The notes under the pieces are model-generated. The model was not told where the DNA came from. It searched no databases and worked only from the letters and a program-made list of their open reading frames with translations. 58,026 nucleotides of DNA from an uncultured Nitrospiraceae bacterium (GTDB lineage: Bacteria; Nitrospirota; UBA9217). The stretch lies in NCBI GenBank assembly GCA_964364055.1, contig CAYILT010000002.1, positions 1 to 58,026 of the forward strand, in the 5' to 3' direction. The position numbers were made by a program, and so were the translations under genes. The first letter of the stretch is position 1. Each line of letters starts with the position of its first letter. This document shows positions 10,296-19,646 of the stretch, piece after piece.

Positions 10296-11696
10296 TTATT
10301 TTCCCTCACTCAGTGCAGCAGGGTCAAAGGCCCGAAGCATGGGCAGGAAACGCGCACTGCCCGCAGGCGGGTTCATGACCCGTACTTCAAAGTTCACGCT
10401 CCCCCGGGCCGATATCACCCCTTCCCGTATTGCGGTCATGTTCCGAATATCTTCTGCCTGCACGCCGCGCTTCGCCAATAGTTCCCGTTCCTTGTCCGTA
10501 TACAGCTGGATGCCGTTCATCATTTTCACCGTCGCCAGAACGATTTCCTTCGCGTCGCGCACCTCGGTCACCAGGTACCATCCCGTTTTCTGCTTATCCG
10601 ACGTGTTGTTGATCTTTCCGGTGATGACAAGATCTCCCCGTTCCGGATCCAGAAAAGCGACCGGATCCACGATCGAGAGGCCCTCCGGCGTGATCACTTG
10701 CCGGGCCGGTGCCGGTTGTGACTTCGGCTGCGGTTTCGACAGCGTCACCTGCCCGATCATTCCTCCCAGGAAGCCCATGTAGTAGAGCGCTGCGAGCCCC
10801 GCGACCAGTGTCAGGACGATCACCACGATGACGAGGGCACGCTTGCCCATAGACGACGCTTCGGCGCCTCGCGCTGCCGCGGCAGTCCTGGAATCAGCTT
10901 CGGCCTCTTTTTTCCCTGCTGTCTCCGGAGTCTTCGGCATCGCGAGGGCCGCCCCCAGGTCGATGTCCTCATCGGCGGGCGGCGCTGCCCCTGTACGCGC
11001 AGCGGACTTGTCAGGCGCGTTACGTTTCATCTGCGCCAGGAGATCAGGGGAGATCACCGGCCCCTTCGGCATCGCCGGCGCGGCTCCGAGATCGGGCGCC
11101 TGAACTGCCGGGGCCGGTTCGGCCTCCGGTGCCTGCTTTTCCGGTGACGGGGCCGAGAAGGCCGTTTTCCGCTTTGGCTCGGATATGAGGTCCACGGGGA
11201 AATCCAGCGCAGCCTCGGCTTCGGCCGCGGCTTCAGGCGAGATCTCGACCTCCGGTACTGCTTCCTTCTCTGGTTCTACATTGAAGCTGAAATCCTGGCC
11301 TCCAAAACCCTCTTCGGGATGAGCGGCTGCCGTGGCAGCCGCATGAGGCTCGCTGAAATCGAAATCACTCAGCGCTGCCGGGGGAATATCCTGTTCCCGC
11401 GGGGGCTGATATTCCCGCGCCTCGGGTTCGGGAGACGGTATTGGCTGCGTGGGGACAGGCTTGATCGACGGTCCAGGCGCGGCCGGGGGCGACGGCCTTG
11501 TTGCGGGTCCGGGCGGTTGTTGAGGGACCGGTTCCGTAGCTTCGTCCTCGCGGGCGAGCAGGTCCATCTCAAAGTCATCTTTGGTTATGGTGATGATCTC
11601 CGCGCACTTGGAGCATTTGAACCGAATGCCCTTGCCGGAGATCTTTTCATCGGCAACGCGGAAAAGCTTGCGGCAGCTTCCACAACGGATATCCAT
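10296..11696 (-). CDS. MJ0042-type zinc-ribbon protein with a Pro/Ala-rich linker, one TM helix and a DUF3426-like C-terminal domain
   Basis: Start moved to MDIRCGSCRKLFRVADEKISGKGIRFKCSKCAEIITI (CxxC...CxxC). Long low-complexity PAPE-rich region, then a TM helix. Confidence 0.6.
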   Translation of the reverse strand: MDIRCGSCRKLFRVADEKISGKGIRFKCSKCAEIITITKDDFEMDLLAREDEATEPVPQQPPGPATRPSPPAAPGPSIKPVPTQPIPSPEPEAREYQPPREQDIPPAALSDFDFSEPHAAATAAAHPEEGFGGQDFSFNVEPEKEAVPEVEISPEAAAEAEAALDFPVDLISEPKRKTAFSAPSPEKQAPEAEPAPAVQAPDLGAAPAMPKGPVISPDLLAQMKRNAPDKSAARTGAAPPADEDIDLGAALAMPKTPETAGKKEAEADSRTAAAARGAEASSMGKRALVIVVIVLTLVAGLAALYYMGFLGGMIGQVTLSKPQPKSQPAPARQVITPEGLSIVDPVAFLDPERGDLVITGKINNTSDKQKTGWYLVTEVRDAKEIVLATVKMMNGIQLYTDKERELLAKRGVQAEDIRNMTAIREGVISARGSVNFEVRVMNPPAGSARFLPMLRAFDPAALSEGK

Positions 11697-11811
11697 GCGG
11701 TATGGTCTCCTGATCGTCGCGCCGGCAATGGCCAGGCATGCGACAACGTCTCCGGCAAGAATCTCATCTTCAGTTATCAGCGGGCATTGTAATATATTTA
11801 CGGGAAAATTT

Positions 11812-12012
11812 CTACTGCAACCCGTCTTTTTTTTCGTCCCCTTCCCCTTCCTCGTATATCGACTTTTTCTCCCCTGCGATCCGGTATTCTTCCGACGCCC
11901 ACTTGCCAAGGTCTATCAAACGGCAGCGGCCGGAGCAGAACGGCCTGAAAGGATTGTGCATCCAGGTTATTTCTTTCTTACATACCGGGCATGGTACTTT
12001 TCGATCTTCCAT
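11812..12012 (-). CDS. yacG: DNA gyrase inhibitor YacG (zinc finger)
   Basis: [38 protein letters not shown] matches the YacG signature. Confidence 0.85.
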   Translation of the reverse strand: MEDRKVPCPVCKKEITWMHNPFRPFCSGRCRLIDLGKWASEEYRIAGEKKSIYEEGEGDEKKDGLQ

Positions 12013-12028
12013 TCTGCGCTCCGCACTC

Positions 12029-12679
12029 TTACTTTAGAACATAGCTCATCGGGACCTCTACCCATCCGTTCACATAGGGCATGGGCGCTGCACGGTATAC
12101 CGTGCGGACCGACGCCGTGTCCAGGATATCCGAGCCGGAGCTTTTCATGATATCCACCTTCTCTATCTCGCCGGTCGGCAGGACCTTGAACCTGACAAGG
12201 ACAACCCCTTCGACGCCCCGCTCACGCGCCACCCGGGGATAGGTTTTCGCCTTTTCGAGCGCTGAATGGACAAGCTGCCATTGCTCAAGGGAAATCTCGC
12301 CTGTTTGTCCATGCCCTTCTCCGACAGGAGCCGGTGACCGCGGTCCCGCTCCCGCCGTTTCTTCTCCTTTTTCGCCGCCGCCGGCCGCGGGAGGGGCCTC
12401 GTGAGGGAGGTCGCCTTCTTTCGGGAGATCCTTTTTCAATTCCTGTTTCGGCGCTTCCGGAAAGGGAGCTGACACGCCTCGATTCTTATGTGCTTGCCGC
12501 ACGATTCCCGGCCGTCCCGGAACAGTGCTCCCGAGCAAGGACACGGCGATCGACCGCGTATCCCCGCTGAAAGAGGTCCCGCCATACCGGGCGAACGCAA
12601 TGGCGCTCCCCACGACCGCGACATGGACGATCACGGACAGGAGGAGCGCCTTGCTATAGGTCGTTCCGCACTGATGCAT
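12029..12679 (-). CDS. tonB: TonB-family energy transducer
   Basis: N-terminal TM helix, Pro/Glu-rich spacer, and a C-terminal TonB domain ([26 protein letters not shown]). Confidence 0.85.
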   Translation of the reverse strand: MHQCGTTYSKALLLSVIVHVAVVGSAIAFARYGGTSFSGDTRSIAVSLLGSTVPGRPGIVRQAHKNRGVSAPFPEAPKQELKKDLPKEGDLPHEAPPAAGGGEKGEETAGAGPRSPAPVGEGHGQTGEISLEQWQLVHSALEKAKTYPRVARERGVEGVVLVRFKVLPTGEIEKVDIMKSSGSDILDTASVRTVYRAAPMPYVNGWVEVPMSYVLK

Positions 12680-12706
12680 AGATCTTCCGCGCGGCGGACC
12701 TCGCAG

Positions 12707-14554
12707 TTAGAACGGGATCGTGATCCCGCCGCGGATCTCCTTGGGCGGCATCGGATAGCCCTGCACGGCCTCGTACTTCCGGTCAAAGATGTTGGTCATG
12801 GCGAAATAGATCTCGCCTTTCGCGTCAGCGCGGCGGCCGAACTTCTGCGCGAGTTTGGCGTCCACCACCGTGTAGCGCCATGCGGGTGCGCCCGGCAGCA
12901 CGTAATTTTCCACCATGCGCGCCTCGGTAAAGAGATGCACGTCCGTATCAAGGGCTATATCAAGGTGTCCCTTGACCTGATTTTTTGGATAGAGTGTGCT
13001 GTATATCTTGTCCCCGGTGATGACGTCGAGGGCCTTGAGATAGGTATAGTTCGCGCCCAGGCCCATGGTATCCGAGAGCCGGAACGCTGTTTCCGCCTCA
13101 ACGCCCTTGATGTCCGCTTTACCGATGTTCTCAGGCGACATGGGGAATACCATCCAATTCCAGTTGATAAGGTCCGTCACCTTCCGCCTGAATCCCGTGA
13201 CCTTGATCCGGTTTCCGGCCCCGAGTGGCTGCTCGATCCCGGCTTCATATTCTTTCGAGGTCTCCGGCTTCAGATCGGGATTTCCCACGGCATAAGGGTC
13301 CTTCCAGTACAGGTCATTGAACGTCGGGCCACGGAAACTCTTCCCATATGAGGCCCGTATGATCATCCCGGAACCCGCGACAAGATACCTTGCGCTCGTT
13401 CGTGGGCTGAACCGGTCGCCATACACCGAGTGTTTGTCCTTCCGTCCACCGACCACGACGATCAATGCGTCTCCCAGAGACAACTCGTCCTGCAGGAACC
13501 AGGCATCGTTGGTCGTCGCATGCTCCCCGGAGTCCGTGCTGGTCAGGTTGTCCTTACGCTGCTCATGGCCGAGAGAGAAAAGGTTCCACGAGCCTGCAAG
13601 CCAGTTGACCTGGGCCTCGCCCCCTTTGGAGGCACTCTTATGCAGACTGTCGATCGGAGGAGGTCCGAAGGCCGGCAAAGGATCCCGGTATCTCAGCTGG
13701 TCCTCGCTGCGGGACCCCGAGACCTTGAGGTCCAGCTCTTTACCGAGCCGCGTCCGAAACGATGCGCCGAGGACCAGCTCCCGCTCATGCTGTCGCGCGT
13801 ACGGGCTGGAATATTGCAAGGAACCGGGTGCGCCGTTCTCCTTGCCGATGTAGTTCGCCGTCAGGTCGATCGATGTGTCCTTCGAAACATCGTACCCCGC
13901 CCTTCCGTTCACGGTCCACTGCTCAAGGTCGCTGTTCAGCCGGTAACCGTCCGAAATCTCCCGGGTCCCTGTCACGGAGTAATATCCGGAGCCGTTGCGC
14001 GATGAAGTACTGAGCTGGAGGGAATCATACCCATGGCTGCCGGCGGCCCCGACTATCCGCGAGACCGTGCTCACCGGCTTCTTCGTAATGATGTTTACTA
14101 CGCCGCCAACGGCATCAGATCCGTACAGGGCCGACGACGGCCCCCGGACGATCTCGATCCGCTCAATGTCGTCAAGGGCCACCGGGAGGGCGGACAGGTC
14201 CACTCCGGCGTCGCGAGGCGAGTTCATCCGCACCCCGTCCAAGAGCACAAGGACCTGGGAATAGCTGGCGCCCCGTATGCTCAGCGTCGCGAGGCCGCCC
14301 CGCGTGCCCTGGTCCGTCAGAAATACACCGGTCACGGAACGCAGCGCCTCGGCCGCGGTCGTTGCGCCGGAGTTCTTCAGCTCCGCCGCGGTCACGACCG
14401 TCACCGACTGAGTCACATCCTTGAGTTCCTTCTCCGTCTTCGTGGCGGTCACCACTACTTCGTTCAATTTGACGTTTTTTTCCTGTGCTGAAACGATACT
14501 CCCGACACCTGAAATCAATACGGCTACTGCAACGACAGCGCTTGTTCTCTTCAT
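12707..14554 (-). CDS. btuB: TonB-dependent outer-membrane receptor, probable corrinoid receptor
   Basis: Signal peptide, TonB box and plug (VVVTATKTEKELKDV), C-terminal barrel ending in F. Preceded by a cobalamin riboswitch. Confidence 0.85.
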   Translation of the reverse strand: MKRTSAVVAVAVLISGVGSIVSAQEKNVKLNEVVVTATKTEKELKDVTQSVTVVTAAELKNSGATTAAEALRSVTGVFLTDQGTRGGLATLSIRGASYSQVLVLLDGVRMNSPRDAGVDLSALPVALDDIERIEIVRGPSSALYGSDAVGGVVNIITKKPVSTVSRIVGAAGSHGYDSLQLSTSSRNGSGYYSVTGTREISDGYRLNSDLEQWTVNGRAGYDVSKDTSIDLTANYIGKENGAPGSLQYSSPYARQHERELVLGASFRTRLGKELDLKVSGSRSEDQLRYRDPLPAFGPPPIDSLHKSASKGGEAQVNWLAGSWNLFSLGHEQRKDNLTSTDSGEHATTNDAWFLQDELSLGDALIVVVGGRKDKHSVYGDRFSPRTSARYLVAGSGMIIRASYGKSFRGPTFNDLYWKDPYAVGNPDLKPETSKEYEAGIEQPLGAGNRIKVTGFRRKVTDLINWNWMVFPMSPENIGKADIKGVEAETAFRLSDTMGLGANYTYLKALDVITGDKIYSTLYPKNQVKGHLDIALDTDVHLFTEARMVENYVLPGAPAWRYTVVDAKLAQKFGRRADAKGEIYFAMTNIFDRKYEAVQGYPMPPKEIRGGITIPF

Positions 14555-14582
14555 TCTATTCTTTCTCCTTCATCGAGGTTTT

Positions 14583-14763
14583 GGGAATGTGAGGTCTCCT
14601 GGCTTAGGACGGTTCGACATTGCTCACCGCCGTGAGCACATCGAACGGCTTCCTACTCGCCTGCCTTCCCATCCTTCAAAGGACAGTGGCCAGCCCGGCT
14701 TTCGTTTCCATCACAGTTGCGTGGCAGCGGGGGACTTGCACCCCCTTCCGCTTCATCATTCCC
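14583..14763 (-). promoter_or_regulatory. Cobalamin riboswitch (leader of btuB-tonB)
   Basis: Minus-strand RNA contains GGUGCAAGUCCCCCGCUGCC, GCCACUG, GGGAAGG and the B12 box AGCCAGGAGACCUC. P1 closes as GGAAUG.../...CAUUCC. Confidence 0.85.
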
Positions 14764-14959
14764 GTGTGTTTTTCCCATCAACAGCTCATTATGCTATTAA
14801 TATCCTCTCATGACGCCGCGATCACCTCCTTTATCAGAACCGGTCATGAACGATATAGGCGTTCCCGTTCTCCGAACGTTTCACCTCACTACCAGTCTGC
14901 ATACGCACACATAGCCTGAAATCGAACCCCTCAAGCGCTATCATCTCAAGACACGGCAT

Positions 14960-16228
14960 TTACAAACATTTCTCCGTCAATATCTGATAGAGCAAGTGAT
15001 CGATCTCGTCGATCAGCTCCTTGAAGACGCCGCCGTGGCTTTTCGATCGCGAGAAGAGTTCGTCCCGTAGCGAGACAATTTTCGGGTCTTGGCATTTTTC
15101 ATAGGTAATATGTTCATTCTGCATGGCAAAGCGTTCCCGCAAAAGCAATTCTCCGGCCTTATCAGTAAAAGGCTGTGCAAGGTTCCGGATCCGCTGGATG
15201 CGACTGGCCACGTCCGGCAATGTTGACAAGCCGTCCCTTCTCTCAAGAAGAACCACGACCTCATTCACCATGACCGATAGCGTGCAATACTCCAGGCCCC
15301 GTACGCCCCGTCGCCACTGCAGGAGCATGGGATTTCGCCAAAACCAGAGAAAATTTCGAAGACCGAGTCCGATCAGCCCATCAGTTGCCCGTCGTATATC
15401 GACCATACCGTTGTCCAACACGGGAACGGAGACGCTTCCGCGCTGCGGCCGAGGCTCGATTGCGTCCGGGGAGTTCCAGGCGCAGCCGAAATATCCCCAG
15501 ATGTTCCCCAGCACAGCAGTCCCGTTCGCGTCTCCCGGTGTGTCAAAGTGTACGAGCGACAGCAGCACCTTGCCCTTGCCGTACATTCCCTCGATGACGG
15601 CAGGCTCGCCGATCAAGCGCTTTGGATCAAGATTGATCTGATAGACCGCCTCCAGATCCTTCCAGCTGCCGGTCGACGTTCCGTCCCCGACATTGACGTC
15701 GGATGTAAAGGCATCGGGGAGCGCTTCGCCGTAGGTCGCGAGCACCTTTACGCTTTCATCTACCACGAACTGGGACGGCCACCATGCATGGTAGATCGGT
15801 TCATCGATTCCCTTCCAGAGGTCATGGTCCTGCGAAATGAGACGGATCCGCCCGCTGAAGCTCGGCACCCGCTCCTTCGTCGGCCTTCGCGTGACCGGTA
15901 CGAGGCCGATACCATCCTGGGTGGCGAGTCCCGCGCCTCCGCAGAAACCGATATAGTTTCCCCCCTGATCGACGAACTGCCGGATCGCGTCTATCCCGTC
16001 TTTCCCCAGGGCCTTTGCCTTGTTCGATGCCCATCCGCCGGGAACGAAGAGTGTCCTGTAGTCCGCGAGAACACCGCTCCTGATGTCCTCCGAGCGGACC
16101 AGCTCAAAGGGAAGACCAGCCGCCCGAAGGGCCTTGCAGGCCATCACGCCCCACAGGAAGGACTCATCCCAGAGAAAAGCTGCCCTGTTGTTATACTCCG
16201 AACTCCGCACTCCGCACTCCGCACTCAC
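14960..16228 (-). CDS. BPL_N / class-I glutamine-amidotransferase-like domain protein, function unknown
   Basis: FVPGGWASNKAKALGKDGIDAIRQFVDQGGNYIGFCGGAGLA resembles the biotin-protein-ligase N-terminal (GATase-like) fold. GTG start overlaps the cbiGH stop. Confidence 0.5.
   Translation of the reverse strand: MSAECGVRSSEYNNRAAFLWDESFLWGVMACKALRAAGLPFELVRSEDIRSGVLADYRTLFVPGGWASNKAKALGKDGIDAIRQFVDQGGNYIGFCGGAGLATQDGIGLVPVTRRPTKERVPSFSGRIRLISQDHDLWKGIDEPIYHAWWPSQFVVDESVKVLATYGEALPDAFTSDVNVGDGTSTGSWKDLEAVYQINLDPKRLIGEPAVIEGMYGKGKVLLSLVHFDTPGDANGTAVLGNIWGYFGCAWNSPDAIEPRPQRGSVSVPVLDNGMVDIRRATDGLIGLGLRNFLWFWRNPMLLQWRRGVRGLEYCTLSVMVNEVVVLLERRDGLSTLPDVASRIQRIRNLAQPFTDKAGELLLRERFAMQNEHITYEKCQDPKIVSLRDELFSRSKSHGGVFKELIDEIDHLLYQILTEKCL
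16195..16226. repeat. Heptanucleotide tract (ACTCCGC), about 4.5 units
   Basis: ACTCCGA ACTCCGC ACTCCGC ACTCCGC ACTC. Spans the cbiGH stop and the start of the BPL_N-like gene (MSAECGVRS). Confidence 0.85.
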
Positions 16229-18093
16229 ACGTCATATCCTCTCGGTGTTATCAACAGGTTGTTCCATACAAATGTTTTCGAGTTGCCGATGATCACGGTC
16301 GTCTGCATATCAACGTCAGTGTCCTGCATGCTCGCAAGATCCGTTACGATGACCATCTCCTGCTCCCGCATCGCGCCCTTCACGATGCCAACGGCCGTTT
16401 TCACGTTCCGATGCTTCAGGATGATCTCCCGAGCCCGGTTGAGATGGCCAGCCCGGCCTTTGCTCCGGGGATTGTACAGGACGATGACGAAGTCCGCTGC
16501 CGCGGCCGCCTCAAGACGCTTCTCGATCATTTCCCAGGGCGTCAGGCGGTCCGACAGGCTGATGCAGGCAAAATCATGCATCAGAGGAGCTCCGAGCCGC
16601 GAGGCAGCGGCATTCAGCGCGGAAATGCCGGGGATGACCTCGACTTCGGGACAGAGCGGAGTGCGGAGTGCGGAGTGCGGAGTGCTTTGATTCTCCGACT
16701 CCCGACTCCTGACCCCTGACTCCTGATTTCTCAGCAATTCAAACACCAGCCCCGCCATGGCATAAACGCCGGGGTCGCCGCCGCTGATCACGGAAACGGT
16801 CTTTCCAGCCTGCGCCAGTTCCACTGCTTTCCGGCACCGGTCGACCTCCTGCGTCATACCGGTCGAGACGACATCCTTGTCCTTGAGAAGCTCTTTGATG
16901 AGATCGAGATAAGTACCGTAGCCCACAATGACATCAGACCTTTTGATTGCGTCCCTGGCAGCGGGAGTGATATGCTCCAGGCTCCCCGGCCCGGTGCCCA
17001 CGATATGGATTTTGCCTTTTTGCTGTAGTTTTTTTTCTCCTTCACTCCACACTCCGCACTCCGCACTCCGCACTGTTTTGAAAGCCGCCGCCACGGTCAC
17101 GTTTCCTTTCTTTTGCTTCTGCACCAGCAGGCTGTCCGCCCCTGCAGCAAGGAGCGCTGCCGGTTCCGCGACGCCGAATGCGCCTGTAGCCCTGAATACG
17201 ACATCGGATCTTTCAATCCCTTCCACGCCGTTCAGCTCGCCACTCCTGAACACGTGCAGCGGGAAGTCATATTTCCGGGCAAACGCCCTGAGTCCCGGCT
17301 CGCTGCCTTTGATATCGATCGTGGCGATACAGCCGACGGACAGGAACGACAGATTGCGGCTGTCGAGCGTGCTCTGCACCGCATCCTCGATCTCCTCCTG
17401 CGACGTGCCGCTGTTGCACCCGATGCCGACAACCAGATTTCTGGGCCTGAGATACAGCTGTCCCTTCACCCGGCAATCGCACAGATCAATGTTTTTTTTA
17501 TTAGTAATCAGGATGTCGGCATATTTCGGGTCAGCTGTCCTTAAAAACTCGTCGGGAAGTTTAATTTCTGACCCCTGCCCCCCGACCCCTGACCCCTGCT
17601 CTTCATACACCCGCAGCGCGCCGTTGTTCACGAACCGCGTTCCGATCAGCGGGAGCATTCCCCGGTCCTCGATGACCAGATCATGCTCCCGCGCCCAGAG
17701 ATCGAGCGCAGGGAGCCCGTTCACGTCCGACGCAGTGGTGATGACCGCCTCGCCGCCCAGGAATGCCGCGATCTTGCGCGTCAGTTCGTTCGCGCCGCCG
17801 AGGTGGCCCCCCGCAAGGCTTATTGCATGCTTCCCCGCCTCATCGAGCACGACGACCGCGGGATCGGTCCGCTTGTCCTTGAGCAGCGGCGCGATGGTCC
17901 GCACAACGATGCCTGAGGCCATGATGAACACCAGGGCCTCGCTCCTCCGCCACAGGGCTTCGACAACAGCCGGAGCGTATTTCGCGATCTCCGCGTCTGG
18001 TGACCAGGACTTCAGCCGCTCCGCCACCCTGAGACCATTATCGGTAATATAGATGATCGCAGTTCGCTTCACTCCGCACTCCGCACTCGCCAC
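16225..18093 (-). CDS. cbiGH: CbiG-CbiH fusion (cobalt-precorrin-5A hydrolase / cobalt-factor III C17-methyltransferase)
   Basis: N-terminal half is CbiG-like. C-terminal half starts KGKIHIVGTGPGSLEHITPAARDAIKRSDVIVGYGTYLDLI (tetrapyrrole methylase). Carries several repeat-encoded inserts. Confidence 0.85.
   Translation of the reverse strand: MASAECGVKRTAIIYITDNGLRVAERLKSWSPDAEIAKYAPAVVEALWRRSEALVFIMASGIVVRTIAPLLKDKRTDPAVVVLDEAGKHAISLAGGHLGGANELTRKIAAFLGGEAVITTASDVNGLPALDLWAREHDLVIEDRGMLPLIGTRFVNNGALRVYEEQGSGVGGQGSEIKLPDEFLRTADPKYADILITNKKNIDLCDCRVKGQLYLRPRNLVVGIGCNSGTSQEEIEDAVQSTLDSRNLSFLSVGCIATIDIKGSEPGLRAFARKYDFPLHVFRSGELNGVEGIERSDVVFRATGAFGVAEPAALLAAGADSLLVQKQKKGNVTVAAAFKTVRSAECGVWSEGEKKLQQKGKIHIVGTGPGSLEHITPAARDAIKRSDVIVGYGTYLDLIKELLKDKDVVSTGMTQEVDRCRKAVELAQAGKTVSVISGGDPGVYAMAGLVFELLRNQESGVRSRESENQSTPHSALRTPLCPEVEVIPGISALNAAASRLGAPLMHDFACISLSDRLTPWEMIEKRLEAAAAADFVIVLYNPRSKGRAGHLNRAREIILKHRNVKTAVGIVKGAMREQEMVIVTDLASMQDTDVDMQTTVIIGNSKTFVWNNLLITPRGYDV
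16656..16726. repeat. Heptanucleotide tracts: (GCGGAGT)x4, then CTCC[C/T]GA-type units
   Basis: Read directly. Encodes ESGVRSRESENQSTPHSALRTP inside CbiH. Confidence 0.85.
17042..17073. repeat. Heptanucleotide tract (CACTCCG), about 4.5 units
   Basis: Encodes RSAECGVWSEG in the CbiG-CbiH linker. Confidence 0.85.
17568..17599. repeat. Heptanucleotide tract (GACCCCT-type)
   Basis: CTGACCCCTGCCCCCCGACCCCTGACCCCTGC. Encodes QGSGVGGQGS. Confidence 0.8.
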
Positions 18094-18101
18094 TCCGCAC
18101 T
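18070..18101. repeat. Heptanucleotide tract (CACTCCG-type) at the cbiGH 5' end
   Basis: Encodes the N-terminus MASAECGV and extends into the cbiF-cbiGH spacer. Confidence 0.8.
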
Positions 18102-18105
18102 TCTC

Positions 18106-18864
18106 CTACTTCCGGTACTCATGTTTAAAATCCTTATGGTAAAGTTTTGACTCTTTTCCCAGGGATATCTCGGACGCCCGGAGTGATTCCCCCACGTAGA
18201 TCAGCGCCGTCTTCCTGATGCCTGCGTCCTTCGCCAGAGAAGCGATGTCCGTCAGCGCGCCCCTGATAACCTTCTGGTCCGGCCACGACGCCTTCTCGAT
18301 GATCACCACAGGCGTATCCGGTGGATAGCCTTGCAGCAATTCGTCCCGCACCTTCTCGATCATGCCGACGCTTAAAAAGATCACCATGGTCGCGCGGTGC
18401 GAAGCCAGCGAACCCAGCCGCTCGGACGCAGGGACCGGGGTCCTGCCCTCCATCCGGGTTAAGATGACGGTCTGGCTTATCTCGGGGATGGTCAGCTCCT
18501 GCCCGAGGATCGCGGCGCCAGCCATGGCCGACGACACGCCCGGGATGACCTCATACAAAATATTCAGCTCACGGAGCCGTTCGATCTGCTCCGATATGGC
18601 GCTGTAGAACGACGTGTCCCCGGTGTGGAGCCTCGCCACAGACCTCTTGTTCTCCACGGCCTTTTTCATGACCGCGATGATCTCGTCAAGGTCCATGTTC
18701 GCGGAATCGAAGAGCTCGGCCTTGATGCCCGTGAGGAGTGCGGGGTTCACCAGACTTCCCGCATAGATCACCACGTCAGCGGCATCGAGTATCCTTCTGC
18801 CTTTCACGGTGATGAGCTCCGGGTCGCCCGGGCCCGCGCCTACAAACGTTATCATTGCGTTCAT
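18106..18864 (-). CDS. cbiF: Cobalt-precorrin-4 C11-methyltransferase
   Basis: ITFVGAGPGDPELITVKGRRILDAADVVIYAGSLV; 252 aa. Confidence 0.9.
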   Translation of the reverse strand: MNAMITFVGAGPGDPELITVKGRRILDAADVVIYAGSLVNPALLTGIKAELFDSANMDLDEIIAVMKKAVENKRSVARLHTGDTSFYSAISEQIERLRELNILYEVIPGVSSAMAGAAILGQELTIPEISQTVILTRMEGRTPVPASERLGSLASHRATMVIFLSVGMIEKVRDELLQGYPPDTPVVIIEKASWPDQKVIRGALTDIASLAKDAGIRKTALIYVGESLRASEISLGKESKLYHKDFKHEYRK

Positions 18865-19646
18865 CGTTTCCTCACGATCATGAGGGAGAAATAATTCAAT
18901 TCCTCCTCTTTCACCTGACTAATGTCTCTGTACACCCGTTCATCGTCCATGCCTGCCCGCACCACATAGATCGCCTGTGCCGCACGGTTCATCCTGTTCA
19001 GCATATCCCTGACCGTAGTGAATACCTTGCTGACCTTCATAAGCACCACGGTATCGAACTTCTCCAGCGTTTCCTCGAGGCTGTCCAGGTAATTCGCCGG
19101 CAAAATGGCGATCCGTTCATTGCCCAGTCCAAGATACAACCCGGCCCGTGCAGCAGCCGCGTTTATGGAAGATATGCCGGGAACGATCTCAATAACAAGA
19201 GCGGGCCTGAGCTCAAGCAGCCTGTCGTAGAGATAGAAGAACGTGCTGTAGATGCCGGGATCGCCGATCGTGATAAAGGCCGCGTCACGCCCTTGTTCAA
19301 GCACGGGAACGATAGCATGAACAGCTTCATTCCATTTGGCATTCAGATCATCTGCCTGCAATGCTTCCCTCTCCCCTCGCGGGAGAGTGCCGGCCTGCCC
19401 CGTTTGAGGCGGAGCCTCTTTCGGGGGGTGAGGGGCGGTTTTCATCATCGGGAAGTGCAGTTCCACGATTTTTTTGCCATCGAGATCGACAGCCCCACGC
19501 ATGATCGACAACGCAAGGCTCGTCCCTTCTTCGCGGCCTTTCGGCACAAAAATACACTGCGTCTCCTTCAGGATTCTGACCGACTTCAGCGTCAGAAGTT
19601 CAGGATCACCCGGCCCGACGCCGATAACATACAATTTTCCGGTCAT
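18861..19646 (-). CDS. cbiL: Cobalt-factor II C20-methyltransferase
   Basis: MTGKLYVIGVGPGDPELLTLKSVRILKETQCIFVP. Contains a repeat-encoded insert. Confidence 0.85.
   Translation of the reverse strand: MTGKLYVIGVGPGDPELLTLKSVRILKETQCIFVPKGREEGTSLALSIMRGAVDLDGKKIVELHFPMMKTAPHPPKEAPPQTGQAGTLPRGEREALQADDLNAKWNEAVHAIVPVLEQGRDAAFITIGDPGIYSTFFYLYDRLLELRPALVIEIVPGISSINAAAARAGLYLGLGNERIAILPANYLDSLEETLEKFDTVVLMKVSKVFTTVRDMLNRMNRAAQAIYVVRAGMDDERVYRDISQVKEEELNYFSLMIVRKR
19367..19438. repeat. G/C-rich palindromic element inside cbiL
   Basis: CCCTCTCCCCTCGCGGGAGAG...GGGGGGTGAGGGGCGG. Encodes KTAPHPPKEAPPQTGQAGTLPRGERE. Confidence 0.7.

Noticed and set aside
16195-18101. Heptamer and composite repeats as a CRISPR array
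   Set aside because: The units are 7 nt in direct tandem with no spacers. The composite elements are dispersed inside ORFs, and no cas genes are present.
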